Virus record (IMG/VR): IMGVR_UViG_3300029623_000287
DNA: 9,743 nt
Source: a virus
Lineage: Duplodnaviria > Heunggongvirae > Uroviricota > Caudoviricetes
Reading direction: 5' to 3' (one strand)
Notes under the pieces: generated by a model
What the model was told of the DNA's origin: nothing
What the model saw: only the letters and a program-made list of their open reading frames with translations
Databases searched by the model: none
Shown here: positions 1 to 7,655 of the stretch, piece after piece
Layout: the number at the start of each line of letters is the position of its first letter
Position numbering within the stretch: position 1 is the first letter of the stretch
Made by a program: the position numbers and the translations under genes

Positions 1-2375
1 GTAAAAATTTCTGGCGTGCTTAAAGATGGCACAGGAAAACCAGTACAGAACTGCACCATTGTGCTGAAGGCCAGACGAACCAGCAGCACGGTGGTGGTGA
101 ACACGGTGGCCTCTGAAAATCCGGATGAAGCCGGACGTTACAGCATGGATGTTGAGCATGGTCAGTACAGCGTCACCCTGCTGGTTGAAGGTTTTCCGCC
201 TTCACATGCCGGGACCATTACCGTCTATGAAGGTTCCAGACCAGGTACGCTGAATGATTTTCTCGGTGCCATGACGGAGGATGATGTCCGACCGGAGGCA
301 CTGCGCCGCTTTGAGCAGATGGTGGAAGAAGCGGCACGCAACGCTGAAGCCGCCTCTCAGAGCGCAGCGGCGGCAAAGAAATCCGAAACTGCAGCGGCAT
401 CATCGAAGAACGCGGCGAAAACCTCAGAAACGAATGCAGCTAACAGCGCACAGGCGGCAGCGGCCTCGCAGACTGCATCGGCAAACTCCGCAACAGCAGC
501 TAAAAAATCAGAAACCAACGCGAAAAATAGCGAGACAGCCGCAAAGACGAGCGAAACCAACGCAAAGTCCAGCCAGACGGCAGCGAAGACCAGCGAAACG
601 AATGCTAAAGCCAGTGAAACTGCGGCAAAAAACAGCCAGGTTGCAGCAGCCCAAAGCGAGAGCGCGGCAGCCGGTTCTGCGACTTCAGCAGCTGGATCAG
701 CAACTGCTGCGGCTAACAGCCAGAAAGCTGCGAAGACGAGTGAAACTAACGCAAAGTCCAGCCAGACGGCAGCGAAGACCAGCGAAACGAATGCCAAAGC
801 CAGTGAAACTGCGGCGAAAAGCAGTCAGGATGCAGCGGCCCAAAGCGAGAGTGCCGCAGCCAGTTCTGCAAGCGCGGCGGCTGCTTCTGCTACTGCATCA
901 GCTAACAGTCAAAAAGCAGCAAAAACCAGTGAAACCAACGCAAAGGTGAGCGAAACAGCGGCTGCGAACTCAGCGAAAGCATCGGCAGCAAGCCAGACGG
1001 CAGCTAAAGCAAGCGAAGATGCAGCCAGAGAGTACGCAAGCCAGGCTGCGGAGCCGTATAAATATGTCTTACAGCCGCTGCCTGATGTGTGGATACCATT
1101 TAACGATTCGCTGGATATGATTACGGGCTTTTCGCCATCATATAAAAAAATTGTTATTGGTGACGATGAAATAACGATGCCTGGCGACAAGATTGTTAAG
1201 TTTAAACGTGCATCGAAAGCAACCTATATTAACAAATCTGGTGTGCTGACAGAGGCTGCCATTGACGAGCCACGATTTGAACGTGATGGCCTGCTTATTG
1301 AGGGGCAAAGAACAAACTACATGCTCAATTCGGAAAGCCCTGCCAGTTGGGGGCGATCGTCAAATATGGATGTGCCCGAAACAGGGACGGATAATTTTGG
1401 TTTTACCTATGGAAAGTTTGTCTGCAACGATTCTCTGATTGGGCAAACCTCAGCCATTAATATGGCATCAATTGCTGCAACAAAGTCAGTTGATGTCTCA
1501 GGCGATAATAAACACGTGACAACCTCATGTCGTTTTAAAACAGAACTGCAGGTAAGGTTGCGTATCCGGTTTGATAAATATGACGGTAGCGCAACAACTT
1601 TTCTTGGTGATGCGTATATTGATACACAAACGCTTGAAATTAATATGACAGGCGGTGCTGCCTCAAGAATTACAGCGAGAGTCAGAAAGGACGAAGCTAC
1701 CGGATGGATTTTTGCAGAGGCAACAATTCAGGCAATTGATGGGGAGTTAAAAATAGGCTCTCAGATACAGTATTCTCCTAAGCAGAGCGGGGCAACCGTA
1801 TCTGGTGACTATATTTATCTGGCCACCCCACAAGTAGAAGATGGGCCTTGTGTATCATCTTTTATTATATCAGGAGCGACGGCGGCGACCCGCGCAAGCG
1901 ATATAGTTACAGTTCCAATTAAGAATAATCTTTATAATCTTCCTTTTACGGTTCTTTGTGAGGTACATAAGAACTGGTATAAAACGCCNNNNNNNNNNNN
2001 NNNNNNNNNNGTGTTTTTGATACCGGCGGTCATCAAACCGGAGCGGCTATTATTCTTGGCTTCGGTCGTTCAACAGATTACGACGGATTTCCTTATTGTG
2101 ATATAGGTTTGGCTAACAGACGGGTAAACGAAAACGCATCGCTTGAAAAAATGGTTATGGGGATGCGTGTAAAGTCAGATCAGTCTACGTGCTCAGTAAG
2201 TAACGGGCGTATATCCAGCGAAAAGAAAGCCACATGGTCCTATATTCAGAACTCCGCAATTATCCGTATTGGAGGCCAGACTACAGCCGGGTTGCGTCAT
2301 TTATTTGGTCATGTCAGGAATTTCAGAATATGGCACAAGGCATTGACTGATGCTCAGATGGGGGAGTCAATCTAA
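1..2375 (+). CDS. Lambdoid prophage side tail fiber protein (Stf-like N-terminus, Ala/Ser/Thr-rich repeat shaft, LamG-like distal domain); 5' end at or just beyond the window edge; interrupted by a 22-N gap
   Basis: Frame 1 is open from nt 1 (VKISGVLKDGTGKPVQNC..., recalled from memory as matching the N-terminus of lambda Stf-type side tail fibers; GTG at 16 is an alternative in-window start). Residues ~110-340 are a low-complexity shaft of AAKTSETNAK-type repeats. After the gap the open frame continues in frame 3 (from 2013) to TAA at 2373-2375. The C-terminus ...GHVRNFRIWHKALTDAQM resembles the closing strand motif of LamG/concanavalin-A-like jelly-roll domains, and FTVLCEVHKNW just before the gap resembles the opening of such a domain, so the domain appears to span the gap and both sides are most likely one gene. 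Confidence 0.8.
541..960 (+). repeat. In-frame tandem repeat, 189-nt period (63 aa), two near-identical full units (541-729, 730-918) plus a partial third, nested in a longer low-complexity Ala/Ser/Thr-rich coding tract (~330-1030)
   Basis: Direct reading: gcaaagacgagcgaaaccaacgcaaagtccagccagacggcagcgaagaccagcgaaacgaatgc... at 541 recurs at 730 with a few substitutions and partially again at 919. The protein units read AAKTSETNAKSSQTAAKTSETNAKASETAAK(N/S)SQ...ANSQKA. Confidence 0.8.
1989..2010. other. Run of 22 N (assembly gap or masked bases) inside the tail fiber coding region
   Basis: Literal n characters at 1989..2010. The flanking open frames differ (frame 1 before, frame 3 after), consistent with an arbitrary gap length. 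Confidence 0.95.
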
Positions 2376-2656
2376 TGAAAGATTTAACACTCAAATTTGC
2401 AGACAGGGCCGACTTTTCGGCCTTTATGGATAGCATTGGCTATTATGATGACGAGTCGATGCAGGATGATATTCTTATTGACGTGATAGGTAACGTGTAC
2501 AAAGAAACCGGAGAACTGACTGAAGATGGCGAACCGGTATGTGTTAAGGAAGATGGATATTTTGTAAACGTGCGCATCATTAATGATGCAAAAAAATCGT
2601 CAATATTCGATGAATACGCGGTTGTAGTTGAACATCAACTTCGTGGCTGGATGTGA
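2375..2656 (+). CDS. Hypothetical small acidic protein (93 aa), translationally coupled to the tail fiber gene; possible fiber accessory or assembly protein
   Basis: Its ATG overlaps the tail fiber stop by one base (TAATG at 2373-2377). A GGGGAG Shine-Dalgarno site lies 8 nt upstream. The protein is rich in Asp/Glu with no obvious transmembrane segment. No family is recognised from sequence alone. Confidence 0.55.
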   Translation: MKDLTLKFADRADFSAFMDSIGYYDDESMQDDILIDVIGNVYKETGELTEDGEPVCVKEDGYFVNVRIINDAKKSSIFDEYAVVVEHQLRGWM

Positions 2657-2665
2657 GGGAGACAA

Positions 2666-3370
2666 ATGGCTACATCGACAGTAATTCCAGGAGACATCAC
2701 CACGTTAAAGGGAGATGTCAGTAAAGCCAAGGAAGATATTTCCTCAATTAACGGAAAAGTATCAACGCTTCAGGCTGATATGACCAGTGCAAAGCAGGAT
2801 ATCAGCACCAGATACACAAAAACTGAAGTTGATAATAAGCTGAAAAACAAACTGGAAGTGAACGCTCTGGAAAGCGGTCGTTATGGTGGAGATTTTTACC
2901 CGTTGACTGGCCGTGAAGCGTTTTATTTGTGGGGATTGGGCACGACTACAGCGGCGGCAAACCTTTATCTTAATCCTGACCCTGCAATTTCGTCTGTGCT
3001 GCGGTCAACATCGTCTATCCGCTATAAACATTCAGTAGAGACGATAGATTCAGAGCACGCCGATCTCATTTTCAGGATGCGCCCTGTGTGGTACAGGTCG
3101 CAATGCGAAAATGACAGGCGCGATTGGGGATTCTATGGATTGATTGCCGAGGAAGTAGGAGAAATTGCCCCCCAGTTTGTACACTGGCGATCAGCTAACG
3201 AAGATGATGCACCGGAAGCTATTTCCAGCAATGGCCTTGTTGCCGAAGGTGTAATGTACGAACGTCTGGTTGTTCCACTGATTCACCATATCCAGAAACT
3301 GACTGAAAGATTTGATGAACTTGAGTCAGAATTGAAGTTGTTATCAACTTCCCGAAGCGATATCGGATAA
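2666..3370 (+). CDS. Tail-fiber-like protein (234 aa): N-terminal coiled-coil repeats plus C-terminal intramolecular chaperone / peptidase S74-like autoprocessing domain
   Basis: A GAGGGAGA Shine-Dalgarno site lies 4-5 nt upstream of the ATG. The N-terminus has heptad-like repeats (DITTLKGDVSKAKEDISSINGKVSTLQADMTSAKQDIS). The C-terminal half carries the motif series recalled for S74 chaperone domains of phage fibers and tailspikes: a Ser...Lys pair spaced i/i+5 (SSIRYK), RPVWY, GLIAEEVGEIAPQFV, and a terminal helix (LIHHIQKLTERFDELESELKLL). Confidence 0.65.
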   Translation: MATSTVIPGDITTLKGDVSKAKEDISSINGKVSTLQADMTSAKQDISTRYTKTEVDNKLKNKLEVNALESGRYGGDFYPLTGREAFYLWGLGTTTAAANLYLNPDPAISSVLRSTSSIRYKHSVETIDSEHADLIFRMRPVWYRSQCENDRRDWGFYGLIAEEVGEIAPQFVHWRSANEDDAPEAISSNGLVAEGVMYERLVVPLIHHIQKLTERFDELESELKLLSTSRSDIG

Positions 3371-3380
3371 AGGAGGAGTA

Positions 3381-3674
3381 ATGGATATAACACCTTTTCT
3401 TCATGCGCTTTGTGCTGTGGCTGCGCAGGTACTGATTGGTCTTTTTACCGGAAACTGGGTTTACGGGGCGATAGCCGGTTGTACGTTCTTCATTGCGCGT
3501 GAACACACCCAGGCAGAATATCGCTGGATTGAAATGTTCGGGCATGGCAAGCGAATGAATATGCCGTGGTGGGGCGGTTTTGATCCGCGCGCGTGGGATG
3601 TGGCAAGCCTGATGGATTTTGCTGTGCCGGTGGTGGCGTGTCTGCTGCTCTGGCTGTTGGTTAATCGTGGGTGA
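3381..3674 (+). CDS. Small integral membrane protein (97 aa), function unknown; last + strand gene before the convergent sit operon
   Basis: A strong AGGAGG Shine-Dalgarno site lies 4 nt upstream of the ATG. Hydrophobic segments at roughly residues 8-38 and 78-94 flank a Trp/Arg-rich loop (EYRWIEMFGHGKRMNMPWWGGFDPRAWD). Stop TGA at 3672-3674. Confidence 0.6.
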   Translation: MDITPFLHALCAVAAQVLIGLFTGNWVYGAIAGCTFFIAREHTQAEYRWIEMFGHGKRMNMPWWGGFDPRAWDVASLMDFAVPVVACLLLWLLVNRG

Positions 3675-3765
3675 AAAAAGGTGAGCTGTATATGCAACGG
3701 AGGAAGAACCCCCGTTGCTGGAAGCCAGGAAAAAGTATCGGGTGTTGCTGTCCTCGGATATTGTG

Positions 3766-4623
3766 CTAATTGGGTGATAACAGATCCTGTGTATGGGAGT
3801 TTCCCTTTTTGCGTGCGTTGATGCTGGTAACGGCAAACGTCATGATGAACAAAACCGCGAATAAGACGACAATCGTCGGAGCTGGTGCGCTGTCGATAAA
3901 AAAGGACAACCAGACACCAGTCATTGACACTATTACCGATATGCCAGTCGCCAGTAGGAGCGCAATGTGAAAGCGTTGTGTCAGGAGTACCGCAATGGCG
4001 CCAGGCGCAATGAGCAGAGAAATGGAGAGAATGATACCTACCGCTTTCAGCGTCGCCACAATGGTCAGAGAGACCATGCACAGCAGCCCATAATGCAGCC
4101 ATCTCGTATGCAAACCGCTTACCTGCGCCTGTTGATAATCAAAGCTGAACAGCAAAAAATCCCGCCATTTTACGCTAATAACAAGTGTAACCAGCCCGGC
4201 AATAATCATCGTCTGGATTATATCGCCGATGGTTATCCCGAGCATGTCGCCGAAAAGAATATGGTCAAGATGTACGTCTGGTTTGACTGCAATATACAAG
4301 ATCAGACCTGCGGCAAACATGCCAGAAAAAACAATCCCCATCACTGTATCTTGCTTGATTCGGCTGTTGTCTTTCAGGTATCCCGTCGCCACCGCGCAGA
4401 ATACTCCGGCGACGAATGCCCCTGTAGCCAAAGGTAACCCCAGAATCCAGGCAAGCACGATGCCAGGAAAAACCGCATGACTCATCGCGTCACCCATCAG
4501 TGCCCAACCTTTCAGGACCAGAAAGACCGACAGCAGCGCACAGGGTATGGAAACTAACAGTGAAATCAGCAGTGCGTGACTCATAAAGGTGAACTGCAGT
4601 GGCTCCAGTAATAATGCCATCAT
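3766..4623 (-). CDS. sitD: Mn2+/Fe2+ ABC transporter permease SitD
   Basis: 285-aa polytopic membrane protein, paralogous to the upstream permease. Its ATG overlaps the sitC stop by 4 nt (ATGA). It is the last gene of the four-gene operon. Confidence 0.92.
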   Translation of the reverse strand: MMALLLEPLQFTFMSHALLISLLVSIPCALLSVFLVLKGWALMGDAMSHAVFPGIVLAWILGLPLATGAFVAGVFCAVATGYLKDNSRIKQDTVMGIVFSGMFAAGLILYIAVKPDVHLDHILFGDMLGITIGDIIQTMIIAGLVTLVISVKWRDFLLFSFDYQQAQVSGLHTRWLHYGLLCMVSLTIVATLKAVGIILSISLLIAPGAIAVLLTQRFHIALLLATGISVIVSMTGVWLSFFIDSAPAPTIVVLFAVLFIMTFAVTSINARKKGNSHTQDLLSPN

Positions 4624-5477
4624 GAGCGATCCTCCAGCGCCTTATGTGCACGCCGACGATTTGCCAAAAGCCCATGGGTGGGCGCAAAGACAAATGCTAA
4701 AAGAAACAGCAGTGTCTGCGCCACCACGATGATTCCACCTGTCGCGCCGTCCAGAAAGTAACTGACCCACGCGCCGAGGAAACTGGTTACACTGCCAATA
4801 GTTACAGCAATCATGAGCAGGCGGGGAAAACGATCGGTTAACAACCATGCTGTTGCACCGGGAGTCACCACCAGACAGATCACCAGAAAGGCACCAACCG
4901 TTTGCAGCGCCGCAACGGTCGAAACCGACAGCAGGGTGAAGAAGAGGAGTTTTAATCTGCCCGGATGCAATCCAATAGCACGGGCGTGATTCTCGTCGAA
5001 AAAGGTCACCATAAGATCTTTCCATTTGAAAAAAAGCACGATGATCGAGAGAATGCCAATGATAGTGAGTTGCAGGATATCCGCCGGATCGATTGCCAGA
5101 ATATTGCCCAGGACGATGGTCTGAATGTTCACAGATGTCGGGTTCAATGACACCATAAACAGCCCCAGGCCAAAAAAGGACGAGAAGATCAGGCCGATGA
5201 TGGCATCTTCTTTTAAGCGGGTGCGTTGGTTAAGAAACAGCATGCTGCCCGCAGCCAGTCCGCCGGAAAAGAAGGCTCCCAGAGAAAACGGAAGCCCCAG
5301 CATATATGCCCCCGCAACACCCGGGACAATAGAGTGCGACAACGCATCGCCAATCAGCGACCAGCCTTTTAGCATCAGATAGCATGACAGGAAAGCGCAG
5401 AGACCGCCGACCATCGCCGAGACCCACATCGCATTGAGCATATATTCATAGCTGAAGGGTTCCAGTAGCACGTTCAT
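4620..5477 (-). CDS. sitC: Mn2+/Fe2+ ABC transporter permease SitC
   Basis: 285-aa polytopic membrane protein of the ABC-3 (metal-type) permease family. Its ATG overlaps the sitB stop by 4 nt. Confidence 0.92.
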   Translation of the reverse strand: MNVLLEPFSYEYMLNAMWVSAMVGGLCAFLSCYLMLKGWSLIGDALSHSIVPGVAGAYMLGLPFSLGAFFSGGLAAGSMLFLNQRTRLKEDAIIGLIFSSFFGLGLFMVSLNPTSVNIQTIVLGNILAIDPADILQLTIIGILSIIVLFFKWKDLMVTFFDENHARAIGLHPGRLKLLFFTLLSVSTVAALQTVGAFLVICLVVTPGATAWLLTDRFPRLLMIAVTIGSVTSFLGAWVSYFLDGATGGIIVVAQTLLFLLAFVFAPTHGLLANRRRAHKALEDRS

Positions 5478-6301
5478 CTTTCTTCCCTCTGCACCGCTGA
5501 CGGTCGATGAGCCACAAAAGGGCGTTCATCGTCAGTAATAATGCTTTCTTCCGAGCCGTTAAGTGTGACATGGCGCAGTACGCCGCTAAAAGCCAGCTCC
5601 AGGTTCTCGGCTGTAAAAGTGGTGTCTGTCGGCCCGCTTGCCAGGACGGTGCCTTTGACCATGACCGTATAATCGCAAAATGTCGTGACGGATCCGAGAT
5701 TGTGTGTTGAGACAAGCATCGTTTTGCCTTCCGCGCGTAACTCCCTCAACAGGCTGATGATTTTGGCTTCGGTTTTCACATCAACGCCAGTAAAAGGTTC
5801 ATCCAGCAGGATCACATCACCCTGCTGTGCAATCGCTCTCGCCAGAAAGACGCGTTTCTTTTGTCCACCGGAAAGCTCGCCGATTTGTCGATGGCGAAAA
5901 TTCACCATATCGACACGTTCCAGCGCATCGGTGACAATTTGACGATCCCTCTTTTTGGCGATACGCAACATACCCATATGCCCATAGCGGCCCATCATCA
6001 CCACATCTTCCACCAGTACAGGAAATGACCAGTCAACCTCTTCTGACTGAGGGACGTAGGCAACCAGGTTTTTCTGTAACGCCTGTCGCGTGGGAATACC
6101 CAGAACAGATATCTTTCCGCTGGTCAGACGCACAAATCCCATAATCGCTTTAAACAACGTCGATTTTCCGGAACCGTTTACCCCAACCAGAGCGGCAATA
6201 GATCCACTTGGTACTGTGAAGGATGCATCGCGCAGTGCTGTGTGCCCGTTACGCCAGGTGACAGTAACATCATTAACGACAATGCCTGCAGATTGCATCA
6301 T
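5474..6301 (-). CDS. sitB: Mn2+/Fe2+ ABC transporter ATP-binding protein SitB
   Basis: Walker A ([10 protein letters not shown]), ABC signature (LSGGQKKR) and Walker B (VILLDEPF) are all present. The start overlaps the sitA stop (TAATGATG). Confidence 0.95.
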   Translation of the reverse strand: MMQSAGIVVNDVTVTWRNGHTALRDASFTVPSGSIAALVGVNGSGKSTLFKAIMGFVRLTSGKISVLGIPTRQALQKNLVAYVPQSEEVDWSFPVLVEDVVMMGRYGHMGMLRIAKKRDRQIVTDALERVDMVNFRHRQIGELSGGQKKRVFLARAIAQQGDVILLDEPFTGVDVKTEAKIISLLRELRAEGKTMLVSTHNLGSVTTFCDYTVMVKGTVLASGPTDTTFTAENLELAFSGVLRHVTLNGSEESIITDDERPFVAHRPSAVQREER

Positions 6302-7215
6302 TATTTCTCCCTTTTCCCGGCTTTAATTCCCTGTACCAGCGTACTGGTAGTAACCTTAAGAAGGTCGATATACGTCGGTACCGGGCCGTTTTCTGTGCTC
6401 AGTGAATCGACATAGAGCACACCGCCGTAGTGTGCGCCGGTTTCACGCGCAACCTGACGCGCTGGTTTATCGGAAATCGTACTCTCGCTAAAGACTGCCG
6501 GGATATGATTTTTCTTAACTATATCAACAACCTTACGTACCTGCTGCGGTGTTCCTTGTTGATCGGCATTAATCGGCCACAGATAAAGCTCTTTTAGCCC
6601 CAAATCGCGTGCGAGATAAGAAAAAGCCCCTTCACTGGTGACCATCCATCGCTGATTCTCAGGGAGTTCCGTAATCTGCTTACGCAGGGGGGCAAGGGTT
6701 TGGGTAATCTTGGCTTTATAAGTATCGGCATTGCGTTGGTAGGTTTGTGCATTTGCCGGATCGTATTTTATCAACGCATCACGAATATTATCGACGTAAA
6801 TCAGAGCATTATCTGGCGACATCCATGCATGGGGGTTAGGTTTGCCCTCATAGGGTCCTTCGGTGATCCCTACAGGCGTCACACCCGAAGAGACAATTAC
6901 TTCTGGAACCCCATTGAGATGCTGGTAAAAGCGTTGGAACCACAATTCCAGATTCATACCATTGGCGAGAATCAGTTGTGCCCCCTGCGCACGTTTAATA
7001 TCGCCAGGGGTAGGCTGATACTCATGAATTTCTGCACCAGGCTTGGTTATGGATGAGACTTCTGCAGCATCTCCTGCCACGTTTTTGGCCATATCCGCGA
7101 TGATGGTAAATGTTGTAATGACCTTGAATTTTTCAGTTGCACTTGCCTGAAATGCGATCGAGCAGGTGAGTGCGAGGCCCCCCAAGAGCATGGTTACTTT
7201 TTTTATTGAGTGCAT
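6301..7215 (-). CDS. sitA: Periplasmic Mn2+/Fe2+-binding protein SitA (cluster A-I substrate-binding protein)
   Basis: 304 aa with an N-terminal signal peptide ([26 protein letters not shown]). The sequence matches SitA as I recall it (EKFKVITTF..., [12 protein letters not shown]..., NPHAWMSP...). It is the first gene of the operon, directly downstream of the Fur and MntR boxes. Confidence 0.95.
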   Translation of the reverse strand: MHSIKKVTMLLGGLALTCSIAFQASATEKFKVITTFTIIADMAKNVAGDAAEVSSITKPGAEIHEYQPTPGDIKRAQGAQLILANGMNLELWFQRFYQHLNGVPEVIVSSGVTPVGITEGPYEGKPNPHAWMSPDNALIYVDNIRDALIKYDPANAQTYQRNADTYKAKITQTLAPLRKQITELPENQRWMVTSEGAFSYLARDLGLKELYLWPINADQQGTPQQVRKVVDIVKKNHIPAVFSESTISDKPARQVARETGAHYGGVLYVDSLSTENGPVPTYIDLLKVTTSTLVQGIKAGKREK

Positions 7216-7247
7216 AATTTAGTACCTATAGTGAGCAAAATTAGAAC

Positions 7248-7269
7248 AAACATAGCAACGGCTATGTTT
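7248..7269 (-). promoter_or_regulatory. MntR-type operator (perfect 9-4-9 palindrome AAACATAGC-aacg-GCTATGTTT) in the sitA promoter region
   Basis: The perfect inverted repeat is read directly, 33-54 nt upstream of the sitA ATG. It matches the MntR box architecture recalled for enterobacterial mntH/sitA promoters. Confidence 0.7.
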
Positions 7270-7291
7270 TATAACATAACCTATACAAAAT

Positions 7292-7310
7292 GAAAATGAT
7301 TATCATTAAC
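7292..7310 (-). promoter_or_regulatory. Fur box in the sitA promoter region
   Basis: gaaaatgattatcattaac matches the 19-bp Fur consensus GATAATGATAATCATTATC at 16 of 19 positions, including the central AATGATxATCATT core. It lies 77-95 nt upstream of the sitA ATG. Confidence 0.7.
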
Positions 7311-7655
7311 AACTTTGGGGCCCAAAACAGGGATTAGGTTGTTTCCTACTGGCGACGTGTTATTGAGGAAAAAAGTAAGGCAGCTAGTAGGCTTTGAAAT
7401 AACGTTTTGCGGTTGGCTGATGCAATTTCGAGAGTGCATGTATTGAATAATTTTCGACCGTTATTGTTTTCACGCGTAACACCATGAAAAGACTACTTAT
7501 CTGTTGGGGTGTTTTTTGGGGCATATATGGGACAGAAATAGGCCACAGATAGATAGTAAGATCGAACTCAGGATGCTTTTGAAAAAATGTAACTATCTGA
7601 AAAAACCTAGAAAGTGCCAAGGAAACCACAGGATGAGAAAAAACACTTGTGAATT

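Noticed and set aside
281-949. 222-aa Arg/Gln-rich ORF on the + strand, alternate frame
   Set aside because: It lies entirely within the GC-rich repetitive shaft-coding region of the tail fiber. Its extreme Arg/Pro/Gln composition is the typical out-of-frame reading of Ala-rich repeats, and it has no ribosome-binding site.
357-1190. Minus-strand ORFs 357..797 (146 aa) and 909..1190 (93 aa) antisense to the tail fiber
   Set aside because: They are Ala/Phe/Val-rich antisense readings of the same repeat tract, with no independent start signals, and overlap a gene that has strong homology support.
16-2106. ORF-track call 16..2106 (696 aa containing XXXXXXXX) and 2109..2375 as a separate 88-aa gene
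   Set aside because: The first is a read-through of the N gap and ends in frame-1 junk after the gap (VFLIPAVIKPERLLFLASV...). The true post-gap coding frame is frame 3, which is open from the gap to 2375. The 88-aa ORF is the C-terminal end of the fiber, not an independent gene.
2375-2656. Considered calling the 93-aa ORF a lambda Tfa-type tail fiber assembly chaperone
   Set aside because: It is about half the size of Tfa-family proteins and I cannot recognise the conserved Tfa C-terminal region in it. It is left as hypothetical, with coupling to the fiber noted.
3219-4102. Minus-strand ORFs 3219..3836 (205 aa) and 3461..4102 (213 aa)
   Set aside because: They overlap the well-supported + strand genes and sitD, and are rich in His/Arg/Ser/Cys, typical of spurious frames. 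No ribosome-binding sites.
3770-7056. Multiple + strand ORFs antisense to sitD/C/B/A (e.g. 3967..4437, 4229..4480, 4965..5150, 5125..5382, 5685..5942, 6090..6326, 6700..7056), and minus-strand alternate-frame ORFs 4490..4693, 4642..5025, 5230..5427, 5446..5715
   Set aside because: They sit inside confidently identified sit genes on the opposite strand or an alternate frame, have biased composition and no start signals. The sit operon fully explains this DNA.
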